This document shows, one piece after another, positions 39,018-52,800 of a DNA stretch of 64,000 nucleotides. The notes below the pieces were generated by a model. It made no database searches and was not told where the DNA came from. It saw only the letters and a program-made list of their open reading frames with translations. The translations under genes and the position numbers were made by a program. Origin of the DNA: Eledone cirrhosa (taxonomy: Eukaryota); the NCBI GenBank assembly GCA_964016885.1, contig OZ024744.1, forward strand, positions 58,094,001 to 58,158,000, in the 5' to 3' direction. Position 1 is the stretch's first letter; each line of letters begins with the position of its first letter.

Positions 39018-40699
39018 ACATTGTTTAGGGGTCGTTTACAAAAGCACCATCCTAGTGTTGGTGTAGCCTTCTCTCTTTCCAGCTGTCACATTCTGGATTT
39101 TCTGCTGGATCACTTTTGATTATACGATTATACAGTGTTTCAAAAAGGACACATAGAACATGTACAGAAGTGAACTTAATGCAAAAATATTAGTCAGGGT
39201 AACACTGAATTGAAGGTCAATAGCATGTAACAGCTCAAGTAACAGTGTTATGTGCTAATATCATTGAATCATCCATATGGTTATGTTATGTTATCTATGG
39301 CATTTTACAAGGACAAATATATGTTTATTGTTGAATTTTTCATGTTTTAGTGTTTATAGTTCTCAAAATGTTTGTGTAATAAGCATTTTTTCATTTCTTT
39401 TTTTCTTCTTTTTTTTGTGATTTGTGTCATTTTCGTTATTTTCTTTTACTTGGATACAGCTTCATACTCATTCTAAAATAAACAGCCGACCCAGCCTTGG
39501 AAAAATGTCACAGCTGACACAACATTTGGATATGCTAACACATAGCACTGACACTCAGAGTGAATGCTGCCATTAGTCTAACTAGGCAGTCACATAGGAT
39601 ACAAACCTCAGAGAAGTGCATTACTAAACCTTAAAATATCGCAGTTTTATATATATTTGTATAATCAAATTAAATATTTAAATAATTTCCTGAGATCAAT
39701 AAAATAATCATTAAACATTTCTGCTGCATAGCAGTGTTGTAGAAGGATCCTATGCTTTATGACTTGTCACATAATGTGGCACGGATGAGTGTGAAGTGCG
39801 TAGAAAATCAGGTTTAGTCATTTTCTTAATTTTGTCAGAGTAAGAAGTGTCAAAAACTAGATTTGTCAGTTTGTCAAACTGTAAGTTGGAATTATTTTGT
39901 TTGGGAGAATTGGGTGTATAAATGGAAGAAGCAGATACACATTTTAGAGCTAGCCTAGGGTATGAAATACCCAGGTGCCAGTTCAGGTGACACTTGCTAT
40001 ATGCTGTTGACCTTGAGTTATAGTGTTATTAACAGCTCAGAGCTAAGAGAGTTAAAAAAGGGCATGTGAATATTTGATGTTCATTTTCACTTGTTTTCAA
40101 CAGCTGGATGTCTTTCCTAATAGCAACCACATTACAGAGAGTACTGGAAGATTTTTTTTTTTTTTTTTTTTTGTACACCATCACTACCACCTTACAGGGT
40201 GGACTAGGTGCTTTTGTTGTGGTACCAACACTATCACTATACAGATAGGACTGGATGCTTTTTGTCATGGCACTAGCACTGTGGAAGAGCAAATGAAGTG
40301 TCATAGGGTGCCATTCAAGTGAGTGAGTCAGGCTTCCCATGCATGCATGGGTTGAAAAGAAGAGGTATATCAGGGATGTGGCAGAGGAGTAGGGAAAAGT
40401 ACACCATCATCAGCAGCAGAAGCATTAAACATCTATTTTCCATGTCCACCTGAACCAAACTGGTTGTCACACTCTGAGACTAGGCCAGACAGGTGACCAT
40501 GTTGAGTTCATATGTTCCATTTTGGCATGAACTCTTGGCCAGAAGCCTTTCCCAACACCATCTGAGCATTTTATATTGAGGTGGAGCATGCCCAGCTTTA
40601 AATATCACTATTGGTTGAATGTGGAAGAAGATGGTGCATCCATATTTTTGTGTTGGTATAGTGCAAGGAAGATGAAGGGGAAACAAGGTGGGAATGGAG

Positions 40700-41110
40700 G
40701 ATGGAGTGGAGGAGGGCTAAGTCTGCTGTCTACACCTGGCTTGTACCATCCTAACAAACCACTTATCTACCCTAGTTTCCTATGAGGCCACCATATTATG
40801 AAATGGAGGCCTCTGTTGAATGCTTTCTCAAGTTCAATGAATGCTAGGTGGAGGAGCTTACTTTTAGCTAGATACTTTCCCTGCAGCTGTCTCATAAGGA
40901 AGAGGGCATTTATGGTTCCTTTAGAAGGCACACAGCTGAACTGCACCTCATTTAGGTTAACTCAATCTCTAATTAGTTGTGCTATAACTCTTTTAGTAAC
41001 TTTCATGACCTGATCTATCAACTTGATGCCTCTATAGTTTTGTCTGTTTAGTGCATCACCTTTGCTCTTGAAGCAGTTAACAATGATGCTGTTCCACCAA
41101 CCATTAGATG
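40700..41110 (-). mobile_element. Degraded RTE LINE RT fragment
   Basis: Reverse complement reads NYRGIKLIDQVMKVTKRVIAQLIR..QLQGKYLAKSK..ELEKAFNR. Confidence 0.85.
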
Positions 41111-41599
41111 AATCTGCAATTTGAAGTCTTGCCTTGTCACATTCTGTGTCATGTTGAATCTCCCTGAGAATTACGTTAATAGTACACGTGTCTATGGAAT
41201 GCTAGGCCACTTACACGTTTTTATTTCATGTGCATGCTATTCTGTTGATTGAATCAACTGGAATATTAGTCATCAGAGTACAATTTTTTTTATATACATA
41301 TGTGTTGAACACTCTGCAGGGTAGTATCGTAGTTCAATGTGGAAGGCCTGAATTGCTATGAAGTTTCATGGAATTTAATATATTATGACTTTACTGTTAA
41401 GGGAATATTTAATCTTGAAAAATTTAGGTTCGTCCTAATCTAATTCCAGTTAACAAAGCTTGTATCAATTTGAGTCAAGTTGAAAAAATAAATAACATAT
41501 CCTGGTAAACGACATATATTTATTTATGCCTCAAACTGATTTTTTATTCAGTTTGTCTACATACATACACGCATACATATACATAAATATATACCTTAC

Positions 41600-41995
41600 C
41601 CAATTACACCTCTCAAAGGCGATGACACACGACCGTGACCTCTGGCGTCACGCAGTAATACAGAGTACCCGACCTCCCATGGATACAAGCTGAAGCATAT
41701 AGACAATATGCCCCCACACCCCCCACTGCAAGGTGGTTGTGGAGGTGCCACGGCAAAAAAGCACCCAGCCCACACTGTAGAGTGGACGTGTAGGTGCCAC
41801 AAAAAAGCACCCAGCACTCACTGTAAATGCAGTTGGTGTTAGGAAGGGCATCCAGCTGTAGAAATCAAGCCAAATCAGTTCCTGTATGAGCAAGGCATGG
41901 TCAGCCGACCAGACACTGCCCACAACAGGACAACCTGTCAAACCCATGCTAGCGTGGAAGAGCGGACGTAAAACGGTGATGATGATGATGATGAT
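41600..41995 (+). mobile_element. RTE 3'-UTR-derived short element with (GAT)n tail
   Basis: Inverted twin of 31275-31637. Confidence 0.85.
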
Positions 41996-42139
41996 ACATA
42001 TATACATACACATGCATGCATACAGACACTCATACACACATACACACACATACAGACTTACAGACATACATACACACATACATGATCATGAGTACACGCA
42101 GACACACATCACACACACACACATGCACACATACATAAT

Positions 42140-43745
42140 AGTGAATTTGGTGCAACATGGCCAACAATCACATGTTTCTTGGAAGAGTTTGTGTTTGATG
42201 GAAAAAATGTTCGTCGTGTGAGTTGGGAAAAACCAGTTTTCTAGTTCACATTGCTTACAACATACTTCCTTGTCCTACAAACCTAAAGCATAAGAAAGTA
42301 GACAAGAGTTTTCTGTGCAAATGCAGGAAAGATGGAATGATGAGGCATATACTGTCCAGTTGTCCACTAAGCTTGGAGAACAGGTCATACGGCAACATAA
42401 CCAAGTAGTTCAAGTACTGGTTGATGCAATGGAAAAGAGAGTAAAGAGAATTAACAACTGCAGTGTAGAGTAGCAGGATAAACGTTTTGCGGGCAATAGG
42501 AATGTTGCAAGTAAGAGAGAAGAGTGGTACAAAATTGACGGGAACTTAGAAGGTTTCAGTTTAATGTTGACAGTAAATATCACTTCTCCCAGTTTTTGAA
42601 AACCAGAAGACCCGACTACATCATACAAGACAAGGAAAGGAAGGGATAAAATCAGTAGAGCAACCCAGTTTTTGAAAACCAGATGACCTGACTACATCAT
42701 ACAAGACAAGGCAAGGAAGATGATAAAGACAGTAGAACAGACAGCTTCCTGCAAAGTGAACATAAGTGATGCATTTGACAGAAATGACAAAAGATAGAGA
42801 GTGCTGGTTGAACTCTGCAAATTCAAAGAAACATTTATTATACAATAGAGTCTCTAAGACATGTTTCAATACAGTTATGTAATTATTACCTACAAAAATT
42901 GAATTGTAAAATGTTTTATTGTTAAAAATCCAAGTGTCTTTTGTGGTTATGAAAACAAAAAAGGAAGGGAAAGGCAAGGGCTCTAGTGTCACAGTAGAAT
43001 GGGAGAGGGAAGGAGGAGGGTGATGGGCTCTAGGCCTAGGGTGTGGTGGTGTTTGGGCTGCGCGCTGCAAACAAGACCACAAAAGCATTCCCGTGGCAAT
43101 GGCCAGTGATACCTGCTGCAACAGCCACCCCACCTCGCAGGGCTTCTTCCTCAGATGGGTTGCTGACATTCCAATCTTGCGGAGGAACCTGGCAGTATGG
43201 ATCCAAATATGCCTGAGGTCTCGATAGCGACCGGTGCAAAGAGGAAGTGACCAGACAATCCTCTGTATTTGTTTGTCTTCCTGTCCTCTGCATTGTGGGA
43301 CATAGTACCAGAGTTTGTGGCCTGAAGCAACTAAGTTGAAGGCAGAAAACATGTCACAACATGTGGCGTCCAAGATGAGGGATCTACCTCCTTCGAATGG
43401 GAAGAAGTTAATTCCATGAGGATGTTTACCATCTCCACAGTCAAGGCCCGCTGGCTTCAGTTGTGATGGGAAGCCAACTGCGTCCTGGCTCCTCCTCAAT
43501 GTCGCTGAGAGTGTCTTGTCAGGGAAACCAGCCTGCACTCTGGTAGCATGACAGTGGGTGCAGGCCAATGTGGATGGAAAGCATCTTGACTTCTTGGGAA
43601 GATGGGTGTTAGGGTACTTGTGGGAACCAGGTTGGACTCACTGCTCATGGACTTTGGATTAACTGTTAAGGAAAGAAAACAGCTTGTGGGGAAATTATTG
43701 GAGGTTGCTGAGAAAGTGAGCCACTACATCTGGCTCAGGAGAGAA
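42140..43745 (+). mobile_element. Degraded Hero/R2-group REL retrotransposon 3' region, interrupted by a CRE fragment
   Basis: AYNILPCPTNLK..CKC..RHILSSCPLSL..NQVV, RPDYII, and after the insert LLEVAEKVSHYIWLRRE. Internal duplication of about 50 bp at 42588 and 42664. Confidence 0.6.
43040..43568 (-). mobile_element. 3' fragment of a CRE-type retrotransposon
   Basis: GFPSQLKPAGLDCGDGKHPHGINFFPFEGGRSLILDATCCD..GWLLQQVSLAI. Confidence 0.85.
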
Positions 43746-44102
43746 TACTTAATGATGCATTTAATACAATGAGAGGCAACCATCTAATAAGATGAAGTGT
43801 TGAGGTTAACAAACTTATTTGGCTTAGAGTCACAATAGCGGATTTACTTAATTTCATGCTGTTGTGCAAGAGTTTTATTGTCTTTATGGATGGTTGTGCC
43901 CAAGGTAACTCTGGTATTATGATGATATGACCTGAAACACTGACAGGATTGGTTTCACCACTTGATGATTCACACATATGTACATATGTTCATATGTACA
44001 TATGTATGTATATGCATACATGCATACAGACAGACAGACATACACACATGCACACATGGACATACACACACACACACACATACATACACACATACATACA
44101 TA

Positions 44103-44440
44103 CAGAAAAATACAGGAGAAGGAGGACATCTACGGACCATTGATGAGGAGTTTACAAATCCAGTATCCAAGATACACCTTTAGCTTCATACCCATCATTA
44201 TTGGAGCTACGGGTTATATACCAACCCGCTTGGACCAAAGTATGACTGAACTTGGATTTGTGGACAAAAAGCGCAGCTCCCTAATTCATAGTCTACAAAT
44301 GGCTGCGATAGCTGGCACCTTCAAAATTTGCAAAACATTCTTGCGATTCAAGGGATGACAATTTCTTTTCTTTTACAACCTTGCCACCAGGAGGTGGCCG
44401 GTCAAAAAAATATACTCGAAATTAAGAGAAAGAGATAACA
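44103..44440 (+). mobile_element. 3' end of an R4/Dong-type retrotransposon within a (CATA)n tract
   Basis: KEDIYGPLMRSLQIQYP..IPIIIGATG..ICKTFL. Homologous to 46555-46835. Confidence 0.8.
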
Positions 44441-44459
44441 TACATACATACATATTAGT

Positions 44460-46835
44460 ATATCACAGCTTCAATCTCTGTAAAAGACACCCTTACAAAA
44501 GATCAGATTGAGAGCTACAAGAGATCTGTAGGGGAAACAAACAAGCTGTATGGTTAGAAGAACTGGAACAGGACTACTTGCCAACATGTCCAGTAAAAGC
44601 AATAGGAAATAGATGGTGTAATACTACAGAAAATATCAAGCAGGAAATCTCCAGGCCCAGACCTTATAACAGGTTACTAGCTGAAGAATCTCACCTTTTA
44701 TCTTTGAAATCTCATATGATTGTATGGAGAAAGTATCAAGGTCACACAAGAGCCATCCCAATGGCTATTAACTGCCACTACTCTCCTAATCTCCCAAAAT
44801 AGTCAAACCACTCTTATTATAAATTACTGCCCAATAGCCTGACAGAACATCATGTACAAATTATACACTGGGTGCCTTAATCTGTTCTTGCAGTATGATT
44901 GTGCCACCAACAACATTATAACATCTGAATAATCTGGAGGAAAGTGAACAAGCTAGGGGAAAGAAAGAGGTGTGGGGCAGTTTAGAGCTACTACTAATTA
45001 ACAAAATGATCCAAGAAAGAAATCACATGAATTTGGCAGTAGTGTGACTGGACTACCAGAAGGCATTTATTAGACTACCATATGTGTGGATTATCAAAGC
45101 CTTACAATTAGCCAAAGTCCCATAACAACTAACAGTTGCTATCGAACACCTGACCAAGATTTGGTACACCACTTTGCTCCCTAGGGGTGATAAGGAGCAA
45201 ATTGAGTCTGATAGCATTCACTGCCAAAAAAGTATCTTTCAGAGTGATAACTTGTTAGTGCTGCTCTTCGTCCTTTCATAAAACCCACTATCATACCTAC
45301 TCACAAAATATAGAAGCCATAAAAAAGGGCTCAAAAGTATCTCCCATCTTTTCTGTTGATAACTTGAAATTGTATAGGCCAAATACCAACCACATAAAAA
45401 AAACAAATGAACCTCATTACTCAATTTTCTTCAGACATTGGAATGACATATGGTGACTCTAAATGTGCATTTTTAAAAATAAAATGTAGAAAGGTTGTGC
45501 CTTCCTCTGAAAACATAAAAACAAATGGCTTGACGATACGACCTCTACAGTCAGGTGACCATTATAGGTATCTTGGACAACATGAGAATGTCAGATATGA
45601 TGGACCCATGAATAAGGAGAAGATCAGGAATGAATACCTCAGGAGGGTAAAGAGAATATCGTTATCAGAACTCTCAGCGTACAACAAACATATTGTCTAC
45701 AATACTTTTGCTGATCCCATCCTAATGCTAGCATTTTACCTGCTGAACTGATCATTGCAAGAACTGGCCGAGATGGATGTAAGGACTTGGAAGCTGTTCA
45801 GTGTTACTGGAAACTTTAACATCAACACTGATGTGGATAGGCTATATTTCTCTCGCAAAGAGGGTGGCTGGGGTCCAATATTTACATTATACAAGACCTG
45901 AATAATAACATTGAAGCAAAATCTTCAGCAGTCATCTCACCCAGGTTTATGAGCATGAAAATAATAATATTGTTACGATACACACTGATCTAGAAGAGAA
46001 GCATGAAATAAAACCTGCTACAAGGGATATTGGAAGACTGCTCAAGGCTTGAACAGAAAAATAGACCAATTCACTGAGAAGGTTGTACAGGGGGACTTAC
46101 AATGTACAGACCATAGATGAGATAAATCATACTAAAAGCATGACATGGTGTTCTGACAAGCTCATAACATCTCACTTTGAAGGATATCTCCCTGCAATCC
46201 AGGAACAATAAATCCACACTAATTACCAACTACACAAAAAAGGAAGGTCATCAGTTGACAATAAGTGTAGGCTGTACAAAACAAAGATCAAAGATGTTAG
46301 CCACATTATTGTCAACCGTGAAAGACTGTCTTTTGTTATTACCTTCCCATGAGATATTACGATAACCAGAACAATCTGGACTGTATGACAGAAGTCAAAA
46401 ATAAAAAAAAAATAAGGAGGAATCTGTTGAAACTGATAGCTCAAATTAAAGCACAGCTGGCTTAATTTTGTTGTTCGGGACCACACATTAAAAATATTCT
46501 CTATTGGGGAAGTCAGCTGCCCATTTGTTGTTTATGTGATAAAAAAAAATGTAAGAGAAGGAGGATATCTATGGACTATTGATGAGGAGTTTGCAGATCC
46601 AGTATCCAACACACACATTCAGCTTCATATCCATTATTGTTAGAGCTACAGGTTGTATACCAATCTTCCTGGACTAAACTGTAACTGAATTTGGATTTGT
46701 GGAGAAAGAATATAGCTCCTTAATTCATAATCTACTAATGGCCACAATATCAGGAACCTTCAAAATTTGTAAAACCTTCTTATAATTCAGGTGGCCAGTC
46801 AAAGAAAAACTCAAAATTAAGAGAAAGAGAAAACA
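44460..46835 (+). mobile_element. Degraded R4/Dong-clade REL retrotransposon
   Basis: DYQKAF..WIIKAL, IFQSDNLLVLLF, SHLF, DIGMTYGDSKC, YRYLG, DVDRLYFSRKEGG, LQEQ, CRL and IPIIVRATG. Confidence 0.8.
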
Positions 46836-47467
46836 TACACACACACACATATGTACATAACAGTGTTATACTTAGTAATGCTACCTTTAAGATAGAGAGA
46901 ACTCAATACAGGTTAATTGTAGAGTAAGAATTTTATTGAAAGAATGGTTCAATGCCTCTCAGTGACCAGTTCAAAGATGATACCAATGGCCACCAATGGC
47001 TACCAATATCTGTTTGAAGCAGTAGGAAATAATAATATTTATTTGTTTAATGTAGTGGAAAAGTATCACAGATCAACCTTTTCACTTTTCAGATGGTATA
47101 TCTAAATTGATCTGCTACAATTTCCATTAACAAGAAACTGATAAATCTAAATTATTTCTTACATTTTCTGAAGATAGAGTGGTGCTTTCATTTGTTCAAG
47201 TGTCCGTGTTTTAATCCATTTCCTGTACAAGACTGAGCATGTGATAAATTTGTAGTTTGCACAAGTATGAAATGTTAAATGTCAATATGGTATCCAGTTG
47301 ATAAACTATGTGGTATTTGAATGTTTGTGATTTCTAACTGCTGTTGAATTGGAATTGAAATGGACCTCTCTGTCAGTTTTGACAATGAACATTCTAGCTG
47401 TTCATTCAATGAAACAGCCTGCTCATGAAATTAACATGGCTGGGCATTCTACAGACACATATACCCA

Positions 47468-47692
47468 TAACCCTTTACCATATACATTACTCACTATTTA
47501 CTATTATGTTTTCACAGTAAACGCTTTACCTCACATAGTTATCTCACACAATATCGAATCTATGAGATTGTGATATTTATTTTGAGAACAATACCTTAAC
47601 ATAAGTATGAGCGACTGGTTACAACCAGTTTGAACAGAAAGAAATGAGAGAATTCTGGTCAAATATGGCTGGTTTAAATGCTAAAGGGTTAA
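47468..47692 (-). mobile_element. piggyBac-type MITE
   Basis: TAACCCTTT..AAAGGGTTAA ends. Confidence 0.75.
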
Positions 47693-49079
47693 CATAATTC
47701 TAAGAGAGATTCAGCATGACACAGAGTGTGAGAAGGCTGGCTCTTTGAATTGTAGAGTAAGTGACTGAGTAATCAACAGATATATGCCTATTAACACAAT
47801 TCTCAGGAAAATTTATCATGACACAGTATGTGACAAGGCAGGCCTTTTCAATTACAGGTACAGCCTGTCTGACAGGTTTCCAAACAGTTTCTGTCTACTC
47901 AATTTCATTCACAAAGCATCGGTTTACTCAAGGCTACAGTAAATGACATTTGTAAATGATACTATACACTAGGATCAAACATTGGGACCAAATAACTGTG
48001 AAGCAAACTTTTTAAAACTTTGGCCATGCTGCACCCATTTATGAAATCCTTGATTGGCATAATATCTATCAAAGTTTTAACCCTCTTATAACAATATTTC
48101 TAATGATATACACTGAATTTTAATTAATTAAAGAAGAATTTGGAGAGATAACTCTTTCATTGAAAATACATCGTCGTTCAGTTAATTTATAAAGAATTTG
48201 AGGGATTTGCTAAAATTATTAATTATTTCATTATCAAAATGTTATTTATTTATTTCATTATCAAAAGGCTCTTCTTCATTTTCTTCTTCATCCACATATT
48301 CCTGAGAGAGTTGTTGTGGCAGAGTCCTTAAACACTCCTTCCAGAGGCTCCTATCAGAGGAAACTGGATCACCAAGCAAGACCAGCCAAGCTCATGGATG
48401 TTATCCAACCATCTTGCCCGGAGTCAACCTCTGGGTCTCTTGCCGGTTGGTTTTGCCCATGAAATCTGTCCAGCAGGTAGATAAGTTCAAGTAAGAAAAG
48501 GTTATTATATTAAATTATGCTTTTAAAATGGGTGGTTTTGTTTCATAGAACCAGGGCTAGTTTTTGTCAGGCTGGTATAAAAAAAATATTAACAGTTGTT
48601 TTCTTTTCAGAATTGTTTCCCTGTTGTCAGAGTGACTAATGTTGTTATTGAGACAGGTAGTAAAACATCACCATCATCATTGCTGTTCTTACTATCTGTT
48701 TATCTTGCATTTTTATTCATAAGTCAGATAACCAGTCCCTCATCTTTTAGGCAAAAAATTGGTAAAGTCATTAGAGTGTTGGATAGAAGATCTTGTAGTA
48801 TTTGCTCTGGTTTTGTTCTGAATTCAAATCCTGCCAAGATCAGCATTGCCTTTTATCAATTTAAGGTCAATAAAATAAAGTATCATTTCATGGCAGTAGA
48901 CTGGTAGAATTGTTACTACATCGGACAAGATTCAATTTGCATTTCGAGTTAAAATTCCACCTAATGATCCCACTGATGGCCAGGGCTACTCCCCCAACCA
49001 TGGAATCATAACTGATAAAGAAAACTAGAATGTATGGAGGAGGGTTGTGGGTATCTGCTATAGCAGCCAAACGATAATG

Positions 49080-49400
49080 ATGATGATGAAGATGATACCG
49101 AGCTAATCACCTGACTACAGGACCACAACTGATTATGAAAGCTGTAATTGAAGGCAGAGTATTGTGGCCATCTGATATTGTAGTTGAATAATGATAGCCA
49201 GGACTAATCACCCAACTATGGAACCACAACTACTGTAATGGATGGAGGAAGAGTGTAGCTGGCTACTACTGTAATATGATGATGATTATGATACAGAACT
49301 AATCACCCAATCACAGGAACACAACTGATTTTAAAAGCTACAATAGGTGGAAGAGGATTGTAACTGTATGTTACAGTAGTTGAATAATGATGATGATGAT
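49080..49400 (+). repeat. Degenerate tandem repeat (about 3 units) with a further copy at about 50495-50620
   Basis: ctaatcacc..ccacaactgattatgaaagctgtaat..agttgaataatgat recurs. Confidence 0.75.
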
Positions 49401-49872
49401 GAACACGATAGAAGAAGTGGAAAATATTTTTAGAACTAGCAGCAAAGTACAAGTGCATAAAAACCTGTAATGGTGCATTTATGCTGAAAATAGAATGAAT
49501 CTTTAATTTCACAAATTCATAGAAATGTGTTATGTATTGGACTTCCATGTGTTTGTCGTTCCAATGACAGGTTTTCCAATTGTTTGATCAATAGCACAGC
49601 CTGCTCATGAAATTAACATGCATGTGTCTGGGCATTCGACAGACACATTTACTGTTAATATATTCTCAGGGAGATTCAGGATGACAAAGTGAGTGACAGG
49701 ACTGACTCTTTGAAATACAAGTTCAACTCATGATTTTCAGCTGAGTAGACTGCAGCAATGTGGAACAAAGGGTCTTGCCTAAGGACAACATAATGCACTG
49801 CCAGAATTTGAACTCAAGATTTTATGAGTGTGAGTCAAACACCTTAACCACTAACACACATGCCTTCACAAC

Positions 49873-52800
49873 AGAGAGTTGCTCTGAGGAGATGGTGGTC
49901 CAGCCAACATTCTTCCCCTCTCATACAATGTATGGATCTGACATCCCACAAATTGTAAAGTCTTATAACCACATAATCAATATGCCAATGACATGGACAT
50001 ACGTACATGCATACATACATAGACTCACCATACATACATACATTTGCCATACATACATACACACATGCACATGCACACATAGACACACACTTGTTTACAT
50101 TTGAAAGCATTAGTTGTGTCACTTTCTGAAAATTTTAAATGCTGTTTTTTTTAAATAACTGATTTGATGATCATGGAAGTCTTGACCAGCCAATGAGTTT
50201 CAATTAATTTAAAAAAAAATTTTTTTTTTAAATTGAAGGAATTTAGTATTATATGTTATATACAAATTATGATACTTTTCAATCACATCCCGGTAACTGC
50301 TTCTGCTAGCAGGGTAAACTTAGTGAGGGACTAGATTCTTGGAGAGAAGATGAGTACTGTCTAGCATTTCTAAGGCTCACTGAAATGCCATGATGGATAC
50401 ATAGTCAAACATCTAAAATGGTATTCCAATGACTGGCTGTATCAATTATGGTAACTTGATTGATTGATTGGTGTGTTTTAGAGTGGATATTTCTAAATAT
50501 GAAAGCTGTAATTGATGGAGGAGGATTGTGGTTATCTGTTCTTCTAGTTGAATAATCATCCAACTATGGAACCACAACTAATTATGAAAACTGTAATAGA
50601 TGGAGGAAGAGTGTAGCTGACACCACATCTAACTTTTTATTATGTTAAAAAAAAAAAAGAGCTGAAAGCAAACTTCAAATGTTCATCAGACATTTGGAAG
50701 CTAAAAAAAATATTTTTCTTCTATTGAAATTGTTGATGCCATATTTTTAATGAAAGGCACTGTGTTCCGATTAATTATGAAAGTAATCAAGAATTAGAAT
50801 ATTTTTAACAATAAAACTAACTTTCTCATTACCAAGTTGATGTTTGGAACATAACTTAACAAAGGCACATAAAATTATGGGGGAAGGTTATTTTTTAGAT
50901 AAATATAATCACTTTAAAATTAACAGTTTTGTATCATCGAACCAGGGGTGGTTTCAGGTGGTTTAGTACCAAAGGAGTTAAAAGAACAGGTTTTTCTTTA
51001 ATTAAAACAAAAATTTAATCAGAAATTTATTACAGTAAAGGGTATATTTTTGTGTATAAATATATTTTGTTTGCATTTGTAATTGTATTTTTGTTTTGAA
51101 ATAAACAGAAACTAAAAAAAAATAGCATTCAAAATTTTGGGAAAGTGACACAACTAATGCTTTCAAATGTAAACAAGTGTAATGTGTGTGTGTGTATGTA
51201 TATATGTAAGAATGTATGTATGTATTATGTTTGTATGTATTATGTATGTATTTATTGTTTGTATGTATTATGTATGTATGTATATATTATATGTATGTAT
51301 GTATGTATGCATATATGTATGTATGTATGTATGAATGTATGTATGTATGTATTATGTTTGTATGTATTATGTATGTATATATAAAATAAACCTGTTACCA
51401 GGTACGAATCTCAGAATTTGTCAACTCTTATTAATGGTCACACTGCTCGCTCTCCTGTGAAATGTAATGTAAAATGCCATTTTTTTCTTGTCTCTCCATC
51501 TTCCCGGTCCATTCATATATCCGTATCATCGCCCAGAATCCAATCTTTGCTCTTTCTCAATGCTATTCTATAATTCTGTCTGGTTGTTCTAAATAATCTT
51601 CTTGTATTTTAAAATCCCATTATTCGCTTATTACTGTTATATGCTTGTCCAATTATGCCCAAAATTCGAGGATTTTATTTAAACCTTCTCTCTAACTACC
51701 CCATACCCCTCCCACCCGCCCCCATTATTATTTGGACCAATCATAAGTCAGCGGCCTATGCTATCACTTCTCCTGGTTGCTTTTTGATATGATGGATGGA
51801 CTAAGGAATTCTGGAGAGTCTGAAAAATCTGGACACTCAGTGACAATGCTAAAGATAAAGACAAATTCACCTCATGCTGCTGGACGGAAAGGCAAGGACT
51901 ACTCCTCTTTATTTCGGCCGCAGATGGCCAACATAACCCCAACCCCATCCCCCTCACCCCTCCCCACGCCCCACAGTTCCCACCCACCAAACGCAACCCA
52001 AAACTTCAGAGTTGGTACCATGAATGTAGGCACCTTAAAAGGTCGCTCTAACAAGGTTGTAGAAATGCTTGAACGTAAGGAGGTTGATGTTTGCTGTATC
52101 CAAGAGACCAGGTGGAGGGGTGGGTCTGCTAGATTCATTGTGGGTAAAAAACGATGCTATAAGCTTTTCTGGGTGGGAAATGACAAGGGGCTGGGTGGAG
52201 TAGGAATCATGGTAGCAGAAAAATGGGTAGATAAGATAATAGACGTAAATAGAGTGAACGACAGAATAATTAAAATAAGACTTGTCCTGTGACAGTAATA
52301 TCTGCGTACGCACCCCAATCCGGACTGCCTGGCGCTATAAAAGACGGATTCTATGAGACATTGATGCTCTCTACCTCCCAAATAACCGATAGTGACTACA
52401 TAGTTATCGCTGGCGACCTAAATGGTCATGTTGGACAACATTGTGATGACTATGACGGAATCCATGGAGGCTATGGGTTTGGTACTAGAAATGAGGAAGG
52501 CTCCAGAATCCTGGAATTCTGTGACGCAAATAACCTAACTGTCTGTAACACAAACTTCAAAAAATGAGACAATCACTTGATCACCTATAGATCAGGGGAA
52601 CACGCCAGTCAGATAGATTATATCCTTACCAGAAGACGTGATAGAGTGTCTGTTGTAAACACTAAATCCCTCCCCCATAAAGAATGCACCTCCCAACATA
52701 AACTCATAGTCAGCGATCTCATAGTCAGGACAAGACTTACTCGACAACAGAGGAGAAAAATATGGAAGCTAAAAGACCCCACAGCCAGAAATAAATTTAA

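Noticed and set aside
42621-43568. 315-aa minus-strand ORF as a host gene
   Set aside because: Chimeric: a CRE REL fragment read through into the antisense strand of another retroelement.
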